Source: Candidatus Omnitrophota bacterium | GTDB taxonomy: Bacteria > Omnitrophota > Gorgyraeia > Zapsychrales > JANLHA01 | Assembly (NCBI GenBank): GCA_963662715.1 | Contig: OY759724.1 | Location: 90,001-122,000 of the forward strand | Length of the DNA: 32,000 nt | Reading direction: 5' to 3' | Shown: piece by piece, positions 8,678 through 19,446 of the stretch | Layout of the letters: every line of letters starts with the position of its first letter | How positions within the stretch are numbered: the stretch's first letter is position 1 | Notes under the pieces: model-generated | What the model was told of the DNA's origin: nothing | Database searches by the model: none | Seen by the model: only the letters and a program-made list of their open reading frames with translations | Program-made: the position numbers and the translations under genes

Positions 8678-9565
8678 TCAACTGCGGGGATGATAATGTT
8701 TGTGGACATTCCTCAACCGCTCCCGGTCAACATGTGTGTATATTTGGGTCGTAGAAATATCAGAATGGCCTAACATTTCCTGCACAGAACGCAGATCCGC
8801 CCCGTGTTCCAAAAGATGCGTTGCAAATGTATGCCGCAAGGTATGTGGTTTGATGTCTTTCTTAATATGAGCTTTCCGGGCATAAAATTTAACAATCTTC
8901 CAAAGACTCTGCCGGCTGATTTTCCTGCCCAGCCGGGTTAAGAAAACATCCGAAGAAAGACGGGACTTCAGCAAATCTCCCCGAACGCTCTCACAATACA
9001 CCTGAACGGCCTCTTTAGCCCTTTGCCCTAAAGGAATAATGCGTTCCTTGCGTCCTTTGCCTATACAGCGGACATAGCCTAAGTCTAAATTCATCTGATC
9101 CATTCGCAGATCCGCCAATTCTGAAACTCTCATTCCGCTCGCGTAGAAGACTTCCAGGATGGCCCTGTCTCTGATGGCCTGCCAGCGATCTCCCTGAACG
9201 GACATGATCATGGCTTCAATCTCCTGTTGTGTCAAGACCTCCGGGACTCTCGTCCATAGTCTGGGGGTATCCACCAGCGAACTGGGATCCTCCGGATGAA
9301 GCCCTTCCCTGACTAAAAAACGATGAAAAGTTTTTATCGCCGCCAACCGGCGACAAATCGACCGGGCCGATAATCCGGCTTCTTTCTGGTTGTAAATATA
9401 ATCCTTAATATTCTGTTTTGTTATTTGCCGGAGATTTGCGAGCCCGGACTGCTGAAGATAATTCATATAACTGCACAAATCCCTCCGGTAAGCCGAGAGA
9501 GTGTTGTCAGCCAGCCCTCGTTCAACAGATAAGTACGTCACAAAATCATCAATAAAATGCTTCAT
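8678..9565 (-). CDS. xerD: Tyrosine site-specific recombinase XerD/XerC
   Basis: 295 aa. N-terminal SAM-like domain (FIDDFVTYLSVERGLADNTLSAYRRDL). Catalytic region ASGMRVSEL ... HTLRHTFATHLLEHGADLRSVQEMLGHSDISTTQIYTHV. Confidence 0.85.
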   Translation of the reverse strand: MKHFIDDFVTYLSVERGLADNTLSAYRRDLCSYMNYLQQSGLANLRQITKQNIKDYIYNQKEAGLSARSICRRLAAIKTFHRFLVREGLHPEDPSSLVDTPRLWTRVPEVLTQQEIEAMIMSVQGDRWQAIRDRAILEVFYASGMRVSELADLRMDQMNLDLGYVRCIGKGRKERIIPLGQRAKEAVQVYCESVRGDLLKSRLSSDVFLTRLGRKISRQSLWKIVKFYARKAHIKKDIKPHTLRHTFATHLLEHGADLRSVQEMLGHSDISTTQIYTHVDRERLRNVHKHYHPRS

Positions 9566-9569
9566 GGAT

Positions 9570-12830
<3,261 letters not shown>

Positions 12831-12840
12831 TTAAATGAAG

Positions 12841-13116
12841 CTAAAAGACGATTTTAAAATTTGGATATTTATTTGTAAATTCCTGCTGTTCTGTTTCTTT
12901 GTCCCTGATATAATCTCCGAAATAATCCTCCACGTCGGCCATGAGTTGCTGAATCTTTTTTTCCTCTCCCTCAACAATTACCTCTACCCGGCCGTCGCTT
13001 AAATTCCTGACCCACCCGTTCAAATCCAGACGGGACGCGAATCGCCGAACCGTAAAACGGAACCCCACGCCCTGAACGGTCCCGGAATAAAAAATATGGA
13101 CTTGAACCTTTTCCAA
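12841..13116 (-). CDS. acyP: Acylphosphatase
   Basis: 91 aa. GTVQGVGFRFTVRRFA...GWVRNLSDGRVEV signature. The start codon at 13116 is TTG. Confidence 0.85.
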   Translation of the reverse strand: MEKVQVHIFYSGTVQGVGFRFTVRRFASRLDLNGWVRNLSDGRVEVIVEGEEKKIQQLMADVEDYFGDYIRDKETEQQEFTNKYPNFKIVF

Positions 13117-13178
13117 GCTCGGTTTTCTCCAGCTTATAAAATAGATTTACGGATCATCACATACAGCAGACTATTAAC

Positions 13179-13236
13179 AAAAAAAAAACAGAACGTGGGT
13201 ACCAGTGTTTTGAGCCCCAAAGGCTCGCTGGGTACT
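13179..13236 (-). terminator. Possible intrinsic terminator downstream of tRNA-Pro
   Basis: Minus-strand RNA forms a compound hairpin, GUACCcAG...CUGGUAC (13235-13199), enclosing GAGCC-UUUG-GGCUC. A U10 run follows (13188-13179), but about 10 nt after the stem, so it is not canonical. Confidence 0.4.
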
Positions 13237-13282
13237 TTATGTTCTGGGGGCCCTGATTCAAATGCAATCATATAAATATATA

Positions 13283-13360
13283 TGGTCGGGAAGGTGGGAT
13301 TTGAACCCACGACCTCAACGTCCCGAACGTTGCGCGCTAGCCAAGCTGCGCTACTTCCCG
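13283..13360 (-). tRNA. tRNA-Pro (anticodon CGG), CCA encoded
   Basis: Folded by hand: CGGGAAG-TA-GCGC-AGCTTGGCTA-GCGC-G-CAACG-TTCGGGA-CGTTG-AGGTC-GTGGG-TTCAAAT-CCCAC-CTTCCCG-A-CCA. 78 nt, with 7/4/5/5-bp stems, anticodon loop TT-CGG-GA, G37 and a T-loop. Confidence 0.93.
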
Positions 13361-13393
13361 AAATATCAACGGAGTGAGAAAAAAGAAGAATTT

Positions 13394-13422
13394 TATTCTA
13401 CCACGTCACTAAGGGCACGTCA
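13394..13422 (-). promoter_or_regulatory. Sigma70-type promoter for tRNA-Pro (TTGACG-17 nt-TAGAAT, with TGn extended -10)
   Basis: Minus strand: TTGACG (13422-13417), a 17-nt spacer ending in TGG, then TAGAAT (13399-13394), about 30 nt upstream of the tRNA 5' end. Confidence 0.6.
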
Positions 13423-13483
13423 ACTGTCGCCCGCTGGCAGGGACAAACATGATCTTCCGCTTAAAAGGCCTCAACCAAAAGAC

Positions 13484-15028
13484 TTAGACTCTTTGCCAGG
13501 ACAAAAGCGCCATACTCCAGCCCCCGCTGGAACCAATCATCCCCGGCGGCAGATAATTCTTAGCTTCCGGGACCTGATAAATGTTGGGGACCTGCCCTGT
13601 GAGATCAAAATAATTCGTAACAATAGAGCCCATGAGATCCGTCTGTTTATTGATCGTCACCTTATTTTCCGCGTAGAACAATCCCATAATATCGAGCTGA
13701 GCAGACGTCCCCAAAGAGATGTCATTGGGGGTCATAAATCCTATAATATTTTCATCTCCGGTTGACTGGACATAAGGGAAATTATGTTCCCCGCCGACAG
13801 GCACAGCCGGAGTGACAAGATTCGTATCGACAGCGATATTCCCCGTCACCAAAACCGATGCTTTCCCGGAGAAGATAACGTCACTGGCTCCGGTGATATT
13901 CAAATCCCCGCCCTCGACATAAATAATGCCGTCGACCGTCAAATTCCCGGTGCCGTCCATGCTGATACTGCCTTTCCCTCCCGCGTCCGTAATGGTAAAA
14001 CTGGAACCGGCCGTTATATTGGCCAGCTGCGCCAGATCACCGGCATCGGAAATCACCAGAGCATTATCGTAGAGATATTGCTGATAACTCGGATACCCCA
14101 TATAAGGGTCTGACAAGCTCGGGAAGGAGATCGCGTCCCCCATATCGTAGTTATTCGACCAGCCGTTATCCGAGAAAACGTTCGCCGATCCTGAATTCCC
14201 GCCAAAACCGTCATTGCTGTAAACGGCATCCGCCGTTTCCTTATACAAATTCCCCGGGACATCGGTGACCCCCACAGAGGAATTGCCATCTAAACCGACA
14301 ATACCGTTCTTGACCCGCAAGACGGCACTCAACGTCTCCACTGTCTCCCCGTTAAATACCGTTGTGGGAAGAGACGGCAGCCGCCTTTGAAGGTCAGCGG
14401 CCATGGCGCTGTAATTATTTCCGATCAGCTCCGCCGTCCCGCCTAATTCCACGGCATAATCCGTGCTGCCTAATCCGGTCCCCAAAATATGAACCGACCC
14501 GCTGATGTTGACGCATCCGGCAATTGTCGTTGCCCCGGTCCCCGGGTCCCCCCCCGAACCGGCAAAAATCGCATTATCCCACGGAGAGATCGAAGTCATA
14601 CGGGCATAAACCTGTATGGTCTCGGAAGCGTCGCCTAATGTGCCCGTGGATCGGATGGAAATCTCCCGGCCGTCCGTGGTTTCTTTTTTCACAGTAACGC
14701 TGTATGAGCCGCCGTTCAAAGCTGTATTCGAATAAGGCATAGCATAAAAATTCGTCGTATCCGGAAGATTAATCGTATAATTATTGATATCGCCGTCCGC
14801 CCAGCTCGGGTTGGAAGTATCGCTCAGGAAGTCCTCTCTCAAGTCATAAACCGCCTGGGCGATTCCCGCCTCTGCAATATGAAACGCCAGGACCGTCCTT
14901 CGCTCCCGTTCGGCGACCCGGCTTTCCGCCATGCTGATCGCGACAAAAGCCGAGCCTAGAATTAACAGCACGACCACCAGAAGCAACGTCATCACCAGTA
15001 AACTTCCTTTTTCATTATTGACTTTCAT
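13484..15028 (-). CDS. Large PilX/GspK-like minor pseudopilin with predicted beta-rich Gly/Asn/Thr-rich body
   Basis: 514 aa. The N-terminus MKVNNEKGSLLVMTLLLVVVLLILGSAFVAISMAESRVAERERR resembles the PilX N-terminal domain. The hydrophobic pilin-like helix has Met, not Glu, at +5 after the putative KG|S site, as in GspK-type cap proteins. The rest is G/S/T/N/D-rich (e.g. VEGGDLNITGASDVIFSGKASVLVTGNIAV). Confidence 0.7.
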   Translation of the reverse strand: MKVNNEKGSLLVMTLLLVVVLLILGSAFVAISMAESRVAERERRTVLAFHIAEAGIAQAVYDLREDFLSDTSNPSWADGDINNYTINLPDTTNFYAMPYSNTALNGGSYSVTVKKETTDGREISIRSTGTLGDASETIQVYARMTSISPWDNAIFAGSGGDPGTGATTIAGCVNISGSVHILGTGLGSTDYAVELGGTAELIGNNYSAMAADLQRRLPSLPTTVFNGETVETLSAVLRVKNGIVGLDGNSSVGVTDVPGNLYKETADAVYSNDGFGGNSGSANVFSDNGWSNNYDMGDAISFPSLSDPYMGYPSYQQYLYDNALVISDAGDLAQLANITAGSSFTITDAGGKGSISMDGTGNLTVDGIIYVEGGDLNITGASDVIFSGKASVLVTGNIAVDTNLVTPAVPVGGEHNFPYVQSTGDENIIGFMTPNDISLGTSAQLDIMGLFYAENKVTINKQTDLMGSIVTNYFDLTGQVPNIYQVPEAKNYLPPGMIGSSGGWSMALLSWQRV

Positions 15029-15052
15029 GATTCGCTCTCTTTCCGGCCCCGT

Positions 15053-15610
15053 TTAATTCCTTAATTTGACCACAAAAGACAAATCCAGCGTTACGGTTTG
15101 ACCCCCGGTTGTCTGTTCCTCCGCCTCCAGGTTAACCTCAACGGTGTTCGGAGCGCTGACCGGACGCCGCACCTCAAAAGTTTTAATATGTTGCGCGATG
15201 TCCCGCGTGTCCGCTCCGAACTGCCTTTTCAGCTGATCGTTGCCCGTACCGCCCAGGTAGTAGTTCACTTTATCCGTGCTCCAGACAGTCGAACCGCCGG
15301 AGACTCCGGCTGCTATACTAAAGGTAATCGCTGTCGACCAGGTATTGGAGACCGGGACATCGTCTATCGAAGCGGACCCGGCCTGCCGCAAATCCAGCAT
15401 GATCCAATCCATGGATTTGCGCAATTCCTGCTGCAGCTGGACTTTCACATTATTCACCTGCCAAGACAGGATACCCGAGTTCAAGACAGAATACGCCGCG
15501 GTAATCACCAGAGAATAGACCACAACCGTGACCAAAATCTCCACCAGCGTCAGTCCGGAGCGATGACTTAAATGAAAACGATTATGGGCTATCCGTCTGT
15601 TCTTGATCAT
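15053..15610 (-). CDS. Prepilin-type N-terminal cleavage/methylation domain protein (PilW/GspJ-like pseudopilin)
   Basis: 185 aa. Leader MIKNRRIAHNRFHLSHRSG, then LTLVEILVTVVVYSLVITAAY (Gly-1, Glu+5). Confidence 0.8.
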   Translation of the reverse strand: MIKNRRIAHNRFHLSHRSGLTLVEILVTVVVYSLVITAAYSVLNSGILSWQVNNVKVQLQQELRKSMDWIMLDLRQAGSASIDDVPVSNTWSTAITFSIAAGVSGGSTVWSTDKVNYYLGGTGNDQLKRQFGADTRDIAQHIKTFEVRRPVSAPNTVEVNLEAEEQTTGGQTVTLDLSFVVKLRN

Positions 15611-15625
15611 GAGGGTCCCCGCCTT

Positions 15626-16153
15626 TTATAACCGGGCCACATAGCTTTCTATCGTAACGATAGAGTCAATCTCACTGTTGCTATTGGCATCTTCCCCGGC
15701 ATCTAAAACTCCGTCCAAATCCGTGTCCTCGCCGATCATGCGGCCATTCTGATTTTCCCAGCACACGACAATTTTTATCTTTAACAATTTCGTATTAGAA
15801 TCATCGATGGTGATGACCCCCATCCCGTTGATCTGGGAAAGGCTGAACTTATCCCCTGGGGTACCGCCGGAAACGAAATCGGTCGTAATCAAATTAAAGT
15901 CATGGTTCCGGATCTCCTCCATCTTCCCCTGGGCCTCCGAAGTCGCGATCGTGACATTGCGGGACATATCATTGAGTTCCGTGGAATAAATAAAAAGCCG
16001 GAACATGCCGGCTAAAACCATCACAAGAATTCCGGCACAAATGAGGATTTCAACCAAAGAAACCCCCTGCTGATTCAGAAAAAAATCAGTCCGTTTTCTT
16101 CTCTTTCTGGAGAGGTCTTTTTTATCTCGCAATTTGATTTCCCTCCCGGTCAT
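15626..16153 (-). CDS. Prepilin-type N-terminal cleavage/methylation domain protein (PilV/GspI-like pseudopilin) with a DxDxDG calcium-binding-like motif
   Basis: ...FFLNQQG|VSLVEILICAGILVMVLAGMF (Gly-1, Glu+5), with a C-terminal EDTDLDGVLDAGEDANSNSEID. The tracked ORF (to 16234) overlaps the upstream gene. Plausible starts are ATG 16153 or TTG 16132, which lies 8 nt after GGGAGGG. Confidence 0.78.
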   Translation of the reverse strand: MTGREIKLRDKKDLSRKRRKRTDFFLNQQGVSLVEILICAGILVMVLAGMFRLFIYSTELNDMSRNVTIATSEAQGKMEEIRNHDFNLITTDFVSGGTPGDKFSLSQINGMGVITIDDSNTKLLKIKIVVCWENQNGRMIGEDTDLDGVLDAGEDANSNSEIDSIVTIESYVARL

Positions 16154-16703
16154 AATGAGCCTCAAACCGCAGTTCTCCCGTTCTAGTATAGGCTTTTTGA
16201 TACCCTGATATACCGCTATTAAAATTCCATTCATATTTCAGTCTGCCGTTGCGGTAATATAATTTTCCGGCGCCCTTTTCATGTTTTCCGTGACAGGTAT
16301 CACAGGCCCGGGAATAATCCGCTTCTGATCTGAGCTGCCCGCTTTCATAAAATTCCTTTTCTGTCATGAGCACCCCGTTGATATAATACATTTCCTTCAT
16401 CAACTCTCCTGATGGGAAATATGTCTTGCAAATCCCGGTTTTCTCGCCACGTTTATAATATTCCTCACCATATATGCCTGTCGTTTCATCGATGAATTTC
16501 ACTTTTCCTTCCGGCAGATTGCCTTCGATTTCTTTTTGTCCGTCCGCCCCTCTCCTCTGTAACGCGATCTCTTCTTCTCCTTTATAAAAAACATCGATGA
16601 CATAGTCCTCCCCTCTGATCACCTTGGTTTTACGGATGACCTCTTGCGCGCAGACACACGCAGGCAAAGCAAAAATCAGAAAGGAAACGATAAAAAAACG
16701 CAT
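16122..16703 (-). CDS. Secreted MORN-variant (YwqK-like) repeat protein
   Basis: 193 aa. Signal peptide MRFFIVSFLIFALPACVCAQ, then repeated G-x-x-x-x-Y-Y/F-x-x-G-x-L units (YYKRGEKTGICKTYFPSGELMKEMYYINGVL..., GKLYYRNGRLKYEWNFNSGI..., YTRTGELRFEAHYDREGN). Confidence 0.7.
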   Translation of the reverse strand: MRFFIVSFLIFALPACVCAQEVIRKTKVIRGEDYVIDVFYKGEEEIALQRRGADGQKEIEGNLPEGKVKFIDETTGIYGEEYYKRGEKTGICKTYFPSGELMKEMYYINGVLMTEKEFYESGQLRSEADYSRACDTCHGKHEKGAGKLYYRNGRLKYEWNFNSGISGYQKAYTRTGELRFEAHYDREGNQIAR

Positions 16704-16832
16704 CTCCAGTCCCTCAAATTACCCAGTTTACTCTAGTAAAAGTGTAACATAAATATCCTGCCAGAGTAAGGGCTTTTGCTTTTTTCTCATAGTTTATAAC
16801 CCCTTACAAAACCAGGGTTTCTACAACTATTG

Positions 16833-18104
16833 TTATTCATTTTTACAGCTTAAAGCCGCACTTTCTCCGGCCAGATATCCGGTTGAAAAAGCGGCCTGAA
16901 GATTAAAGCCGCCTGTTGCGCCGTCAATATCCAGGATTTCTCCGGCAAAATAAAGGCCGCGGACCACCCGGGACTCCATCGTACGGGGATAAATATCTTT
17001 CAGAGAAACACCTCCCCGGGTGACCATGGCATCTTTAAAAGAACGCGGTCTTTTAATATCAAGAGGCACGCTTTTTAAAAGCGCGGTCAGTTTCCCGCGG
17101 TCCCGGGGACCGAGACAATGATTCATCGTGTCTAGAGGAATGCGCGCCTGAACAAGCATTTCCCTGATAAACCGTTTGGGCAAATATTCCTTCAGGGTAT
17201 TCTTGATCAGCCTCCTGGGCGCCTGCCGGATGTCCCTGAGCAGGCGTTCATTTAAAACAGCTTCCGATAAAGACGGTTTTAAGTCTATGGCCATAGTCAC
17301 CGGCCATTTTTCGTTCAGCCAGTCAACAACCTGACCGCTATGGGCTATAACAAGGGGGCCGGACACCCCGAATTCACTGAACAAAATTTCTCCTATTTCA
17401 GAAGAAAGGCTTTTTTTGCCGTTGGAAAATTTTAAACGCACATTTTTTAAAGTCAAACCGCTCAACTTCGCAGGAAAACCCTGAACCGTTTCCAGCCCCA
17501 CCAGGCCGGGCCGCAAAGGGACGATATGGTGGCCCCTGCGTTCAGCCATAAGAAACCCTTCACCGGTACTGCCTGTTAACGGATAGGATTTTCCTCCCGT
17601 GGCCCAGATAACCTTATGTGCTTTTATGAACTGTCCCGCCGAAAGAACAACCCCCTGAACGGCACGGTCCTTTGTACGGATGTCTCTGACCTCGCTCCGG
17701 AACAATACTTCAACCCGGCAGGTTTGCAGGGCATTCTTTAAAACATTCAAAACACTTGCGGATTTATCAGAAACAGGAAAAACCCTTAACTGCCGTTCGA
17801 CCTTCAGCTTCACACCCCGGTCTTCGAAGAACCGCATCAAATCACGGTTAAAAAATTCTTTAAAAGCATCCCGCAAGAAAGGCCCCTGCCGGCCATAACG
17901 GCTTAAAAAAACATCCAGGTCAGCGGCGTTCGTGAGGTTGCACCGGCCCTTGCCCGTAAGCAACAGTTTACGGCCCAGCGAAGCATTTTTTTCCAATAAA
18001 AGAACCGGATATCCCCGTTGCCCGGCACGAACAGCCGCCATCATCCCGGCGGGCCCGCCCCCTACGACGACAATAGGACATACTGTTTTTTCTGCATTGG
18101 ACAT
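16833..18104 (-). CDS. NAD(P)/FAD-dependent oxidoreductase, HI0933/BaiN-like flavoprotein
   Basis: 423 aa. N-terminal dinucleotide fold VVVGGGPAGMMAA, GKGRCNLTN, and C-terminal GLYFAGEILDIDGATGGFNLQAAFSTG, typical of the HI0933 family. Confidence 0.8.
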   Translation of the reverse strand: MSNAEKTVCPIVVVGGGPAGMMAAVRAGQRGYPVLLLEKNASLGRKLLLTGKGRCNLTNAADLDVFLSRYGRQGPFLRDAFKEFFNRDLMRFFEDRGVKLKVERQLRVFPVSDKSASVLNVLKNALQTCRVEVLFRSEVRDIRTKDRAVQGVVLSAGQFIKAHKVIWATGGKSYPLTGSTGEGFLMAERRGHHIVPLRPGLVGLETVQGFPAKLSGLTLKNVRLKFSNGKKSLSSEIGEILFSEFGVSGPLVIAHSGQVVDWLNEKWPVTMAIDLKPSLSEAVLNERLLRDIRQAPRRLIKNTLKEYLPKRFIREMLVQARIPLDTMNHCLGPRDRGKLTALLKSVPLDIKRPRSFKDAMVTRGGVSLKDIYPRTMESRVVRGLYFAGEILDIDGATGGFNLQAAFSTGYLAGESAALSCKNE

Positions 18105-18130
18105 GATTTTCTCAACAGACTGTTACGCTT

Positions 18131-18162
18131 AAAAAAAGACAATCCACTCGGATTGTCTTTTT
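18131..18162 (-). terminator. Strong rho-independent terminator after fabZ
   Basis: Minus-strand RNA AGACAAUCC-GAGU-GGAUUGUCU (perfect 9-bp stem, tetraloop) followed by U7. A-run on the other side, so it looks bidirectional. Confidence 0.85.
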
Positions 18163-18200
18163 AACATTTACCACATTTCTTTAAATACCGGAATAAAATT

Positions 18201-18647
18201 TCACACTTCTTTTATACCAAAACCAATCTCTGCCTCAGCCACCAGCACATCCTGCACCAAAGCTTTTGTTTTAAGAAATCCGACTTTCGGCAGCATTTTG
18301 ATCGTTGTGACTTCAATCACCAGCTGATCGCCCGGGACAACCGGTTTAACAAATTTTGCCGTCACTTTCGCAAGGTAATAAATCAAATCCTTCCCCTGCA
18401 TGTTCTTGCTGTAATAAAAATAGATACAGCCGGCCTGGGCCATGGCTTCAACAATTAAAACCCCGGGCATGACCTTTTCTGCCGGGAAATGACCGACAAA
18501 AAACTGTTCATTCACGGACACATTCTTTAAGGCTATGAGTTTTTCGTTGGCCTTCAGATCGAGCACTTTATCGATCATAAGAAAAGGATACCGATGCGGG
18601 ATGATTTTCTGAATATCATAAATCGAGAGCTCCATGAACAACTCCAT
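18201..18647 (-). CDS. fabZ: 3-hydroxyacyl-ACP dehydratase FabZ
   Basis: IPHRYPFLMIDKV and GHFPAEKVMPGVLIVEAMAQAG (catalytic His and Glu present). The start may be Met5 (18635), which has a GGAG 8 nt upstream. Confidence 0.9.
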   Translation of the reverse strand: MELFMELSIYDIQKIIPHRYPFLMIDKVLDLKANEKLIALKNVSVNEQFFVGHFPAEKVMPGVLIVEAMAQAGCIYFYYSKNMQGKDLIYYLAKVTAKFVKPVVPGDQLVIEVTTIKMLPKVGFLKTKALVQDVLVAEAEIGFGIKEV

Positions 18648-18693
18648 TCCATAAATAAAAGTTGATAAACAACGAGGGCATTATACCGCAGCT

Positions 18694-19446
18694 TCAGCGA
18701 ATCGCCAACCCCCCGTCCATCTGGATAATCTGGCCGGTGATATATTGCGCGGCATCACTTACCAGAAACCGGACACACCCAGCGACTTCTTCAGGCGTTC
18801 CGAAACGTCCGAGGGGGATCGTCTTTTTGATGTCATCCAGCTGCTGCTCGGGAAGCGTCGCCACAAGATCCGTGTCGATATATCCGGGGGCTACAGCATT
18901 GACTCTCACCCCGTACCCCGCAACCTCTTTGGCCAGGGATTTCGTGAAGGCATTCATCCCTCCCTTGGACGCGCAATAGTTGGCCTGGCGAGGCAAGCCG
19001 ACCACACCGCTGACCGAAGATATCTGAATGATATGCCCGCTTTTCTGTTTCAGGAATGAAACGATACAGGCCCGGGTGGCATTGAACATACCGGTCAAAT
19101 TCGTATCAAGCACAACCCGCCATTCTTCAGGCGTCATAAGCATCAACGCCTTATCCACGATAATCCCGGCATTATTGACTAAAATATCAATGCGCCCTAG
19201 ACGCTTCTTAATCTCCTCCATCCATTCTTTAACAGCCTCAAAATCTTTAATATCCACACGGGCCGCGAAACATTCTGTTCCGCAGGCCAGGACGTCATTT
19301 TTTAAAGTCTCCGCTGCTTCCTGATTCTGATGATAATTGAAAGCGACGTCTATTCCCTCCCGGGCAAACATCTGCACGACGGCCCGGCCTATTCCCCGGG
19401 ATCCCCCGGTAACGACCGCAACTTTTCCTTGCCTCTTTTTATTCAA
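18694..19446 (-). CDS. fabG: 3-oxoacyl-ACP reductase FabG (SDR)
   Basis: VVTGGSRGIG, NNAG, and SSVSG...YCASK (Ser-Tyr-Lys triad). TTG start that overlaps the stop of the upstream gene (TTGA). Confidence 0.88.
   Translation of the reverse strand: MNKKRQGKVAVVTGGSRGIGRAVVQMFAREGIDVAFNYHQNQEAAETLKNDVLACGTECFAARVDIKDFEAVKEWMEEIKKRLGRIDILVNNAGIIVDKALMLMTPEEWRVVLDTNLTGMFNATRACIVSFLKQKSGHIIQISSVSGVVGLPRQANYCASKGGMNAFTKSLAKEVAGYGVRVNAVAPGYIDTDLVATLPEQQLDDIKKTIPLGRFGTPEEVAGCVRFLVSDAAQYITGQIIQMDGGLAIR

Noticed and set aside
13262-13765. 167-aa plus-strand ORF in the track.
   Set aside because: Its 5' part is the reverse complement of tRNA-Pro and the tRNA promoter. Its 3' part is antisense to the PilX-like gene. 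It has no SD or domain signature, so I treat it as an artefact.
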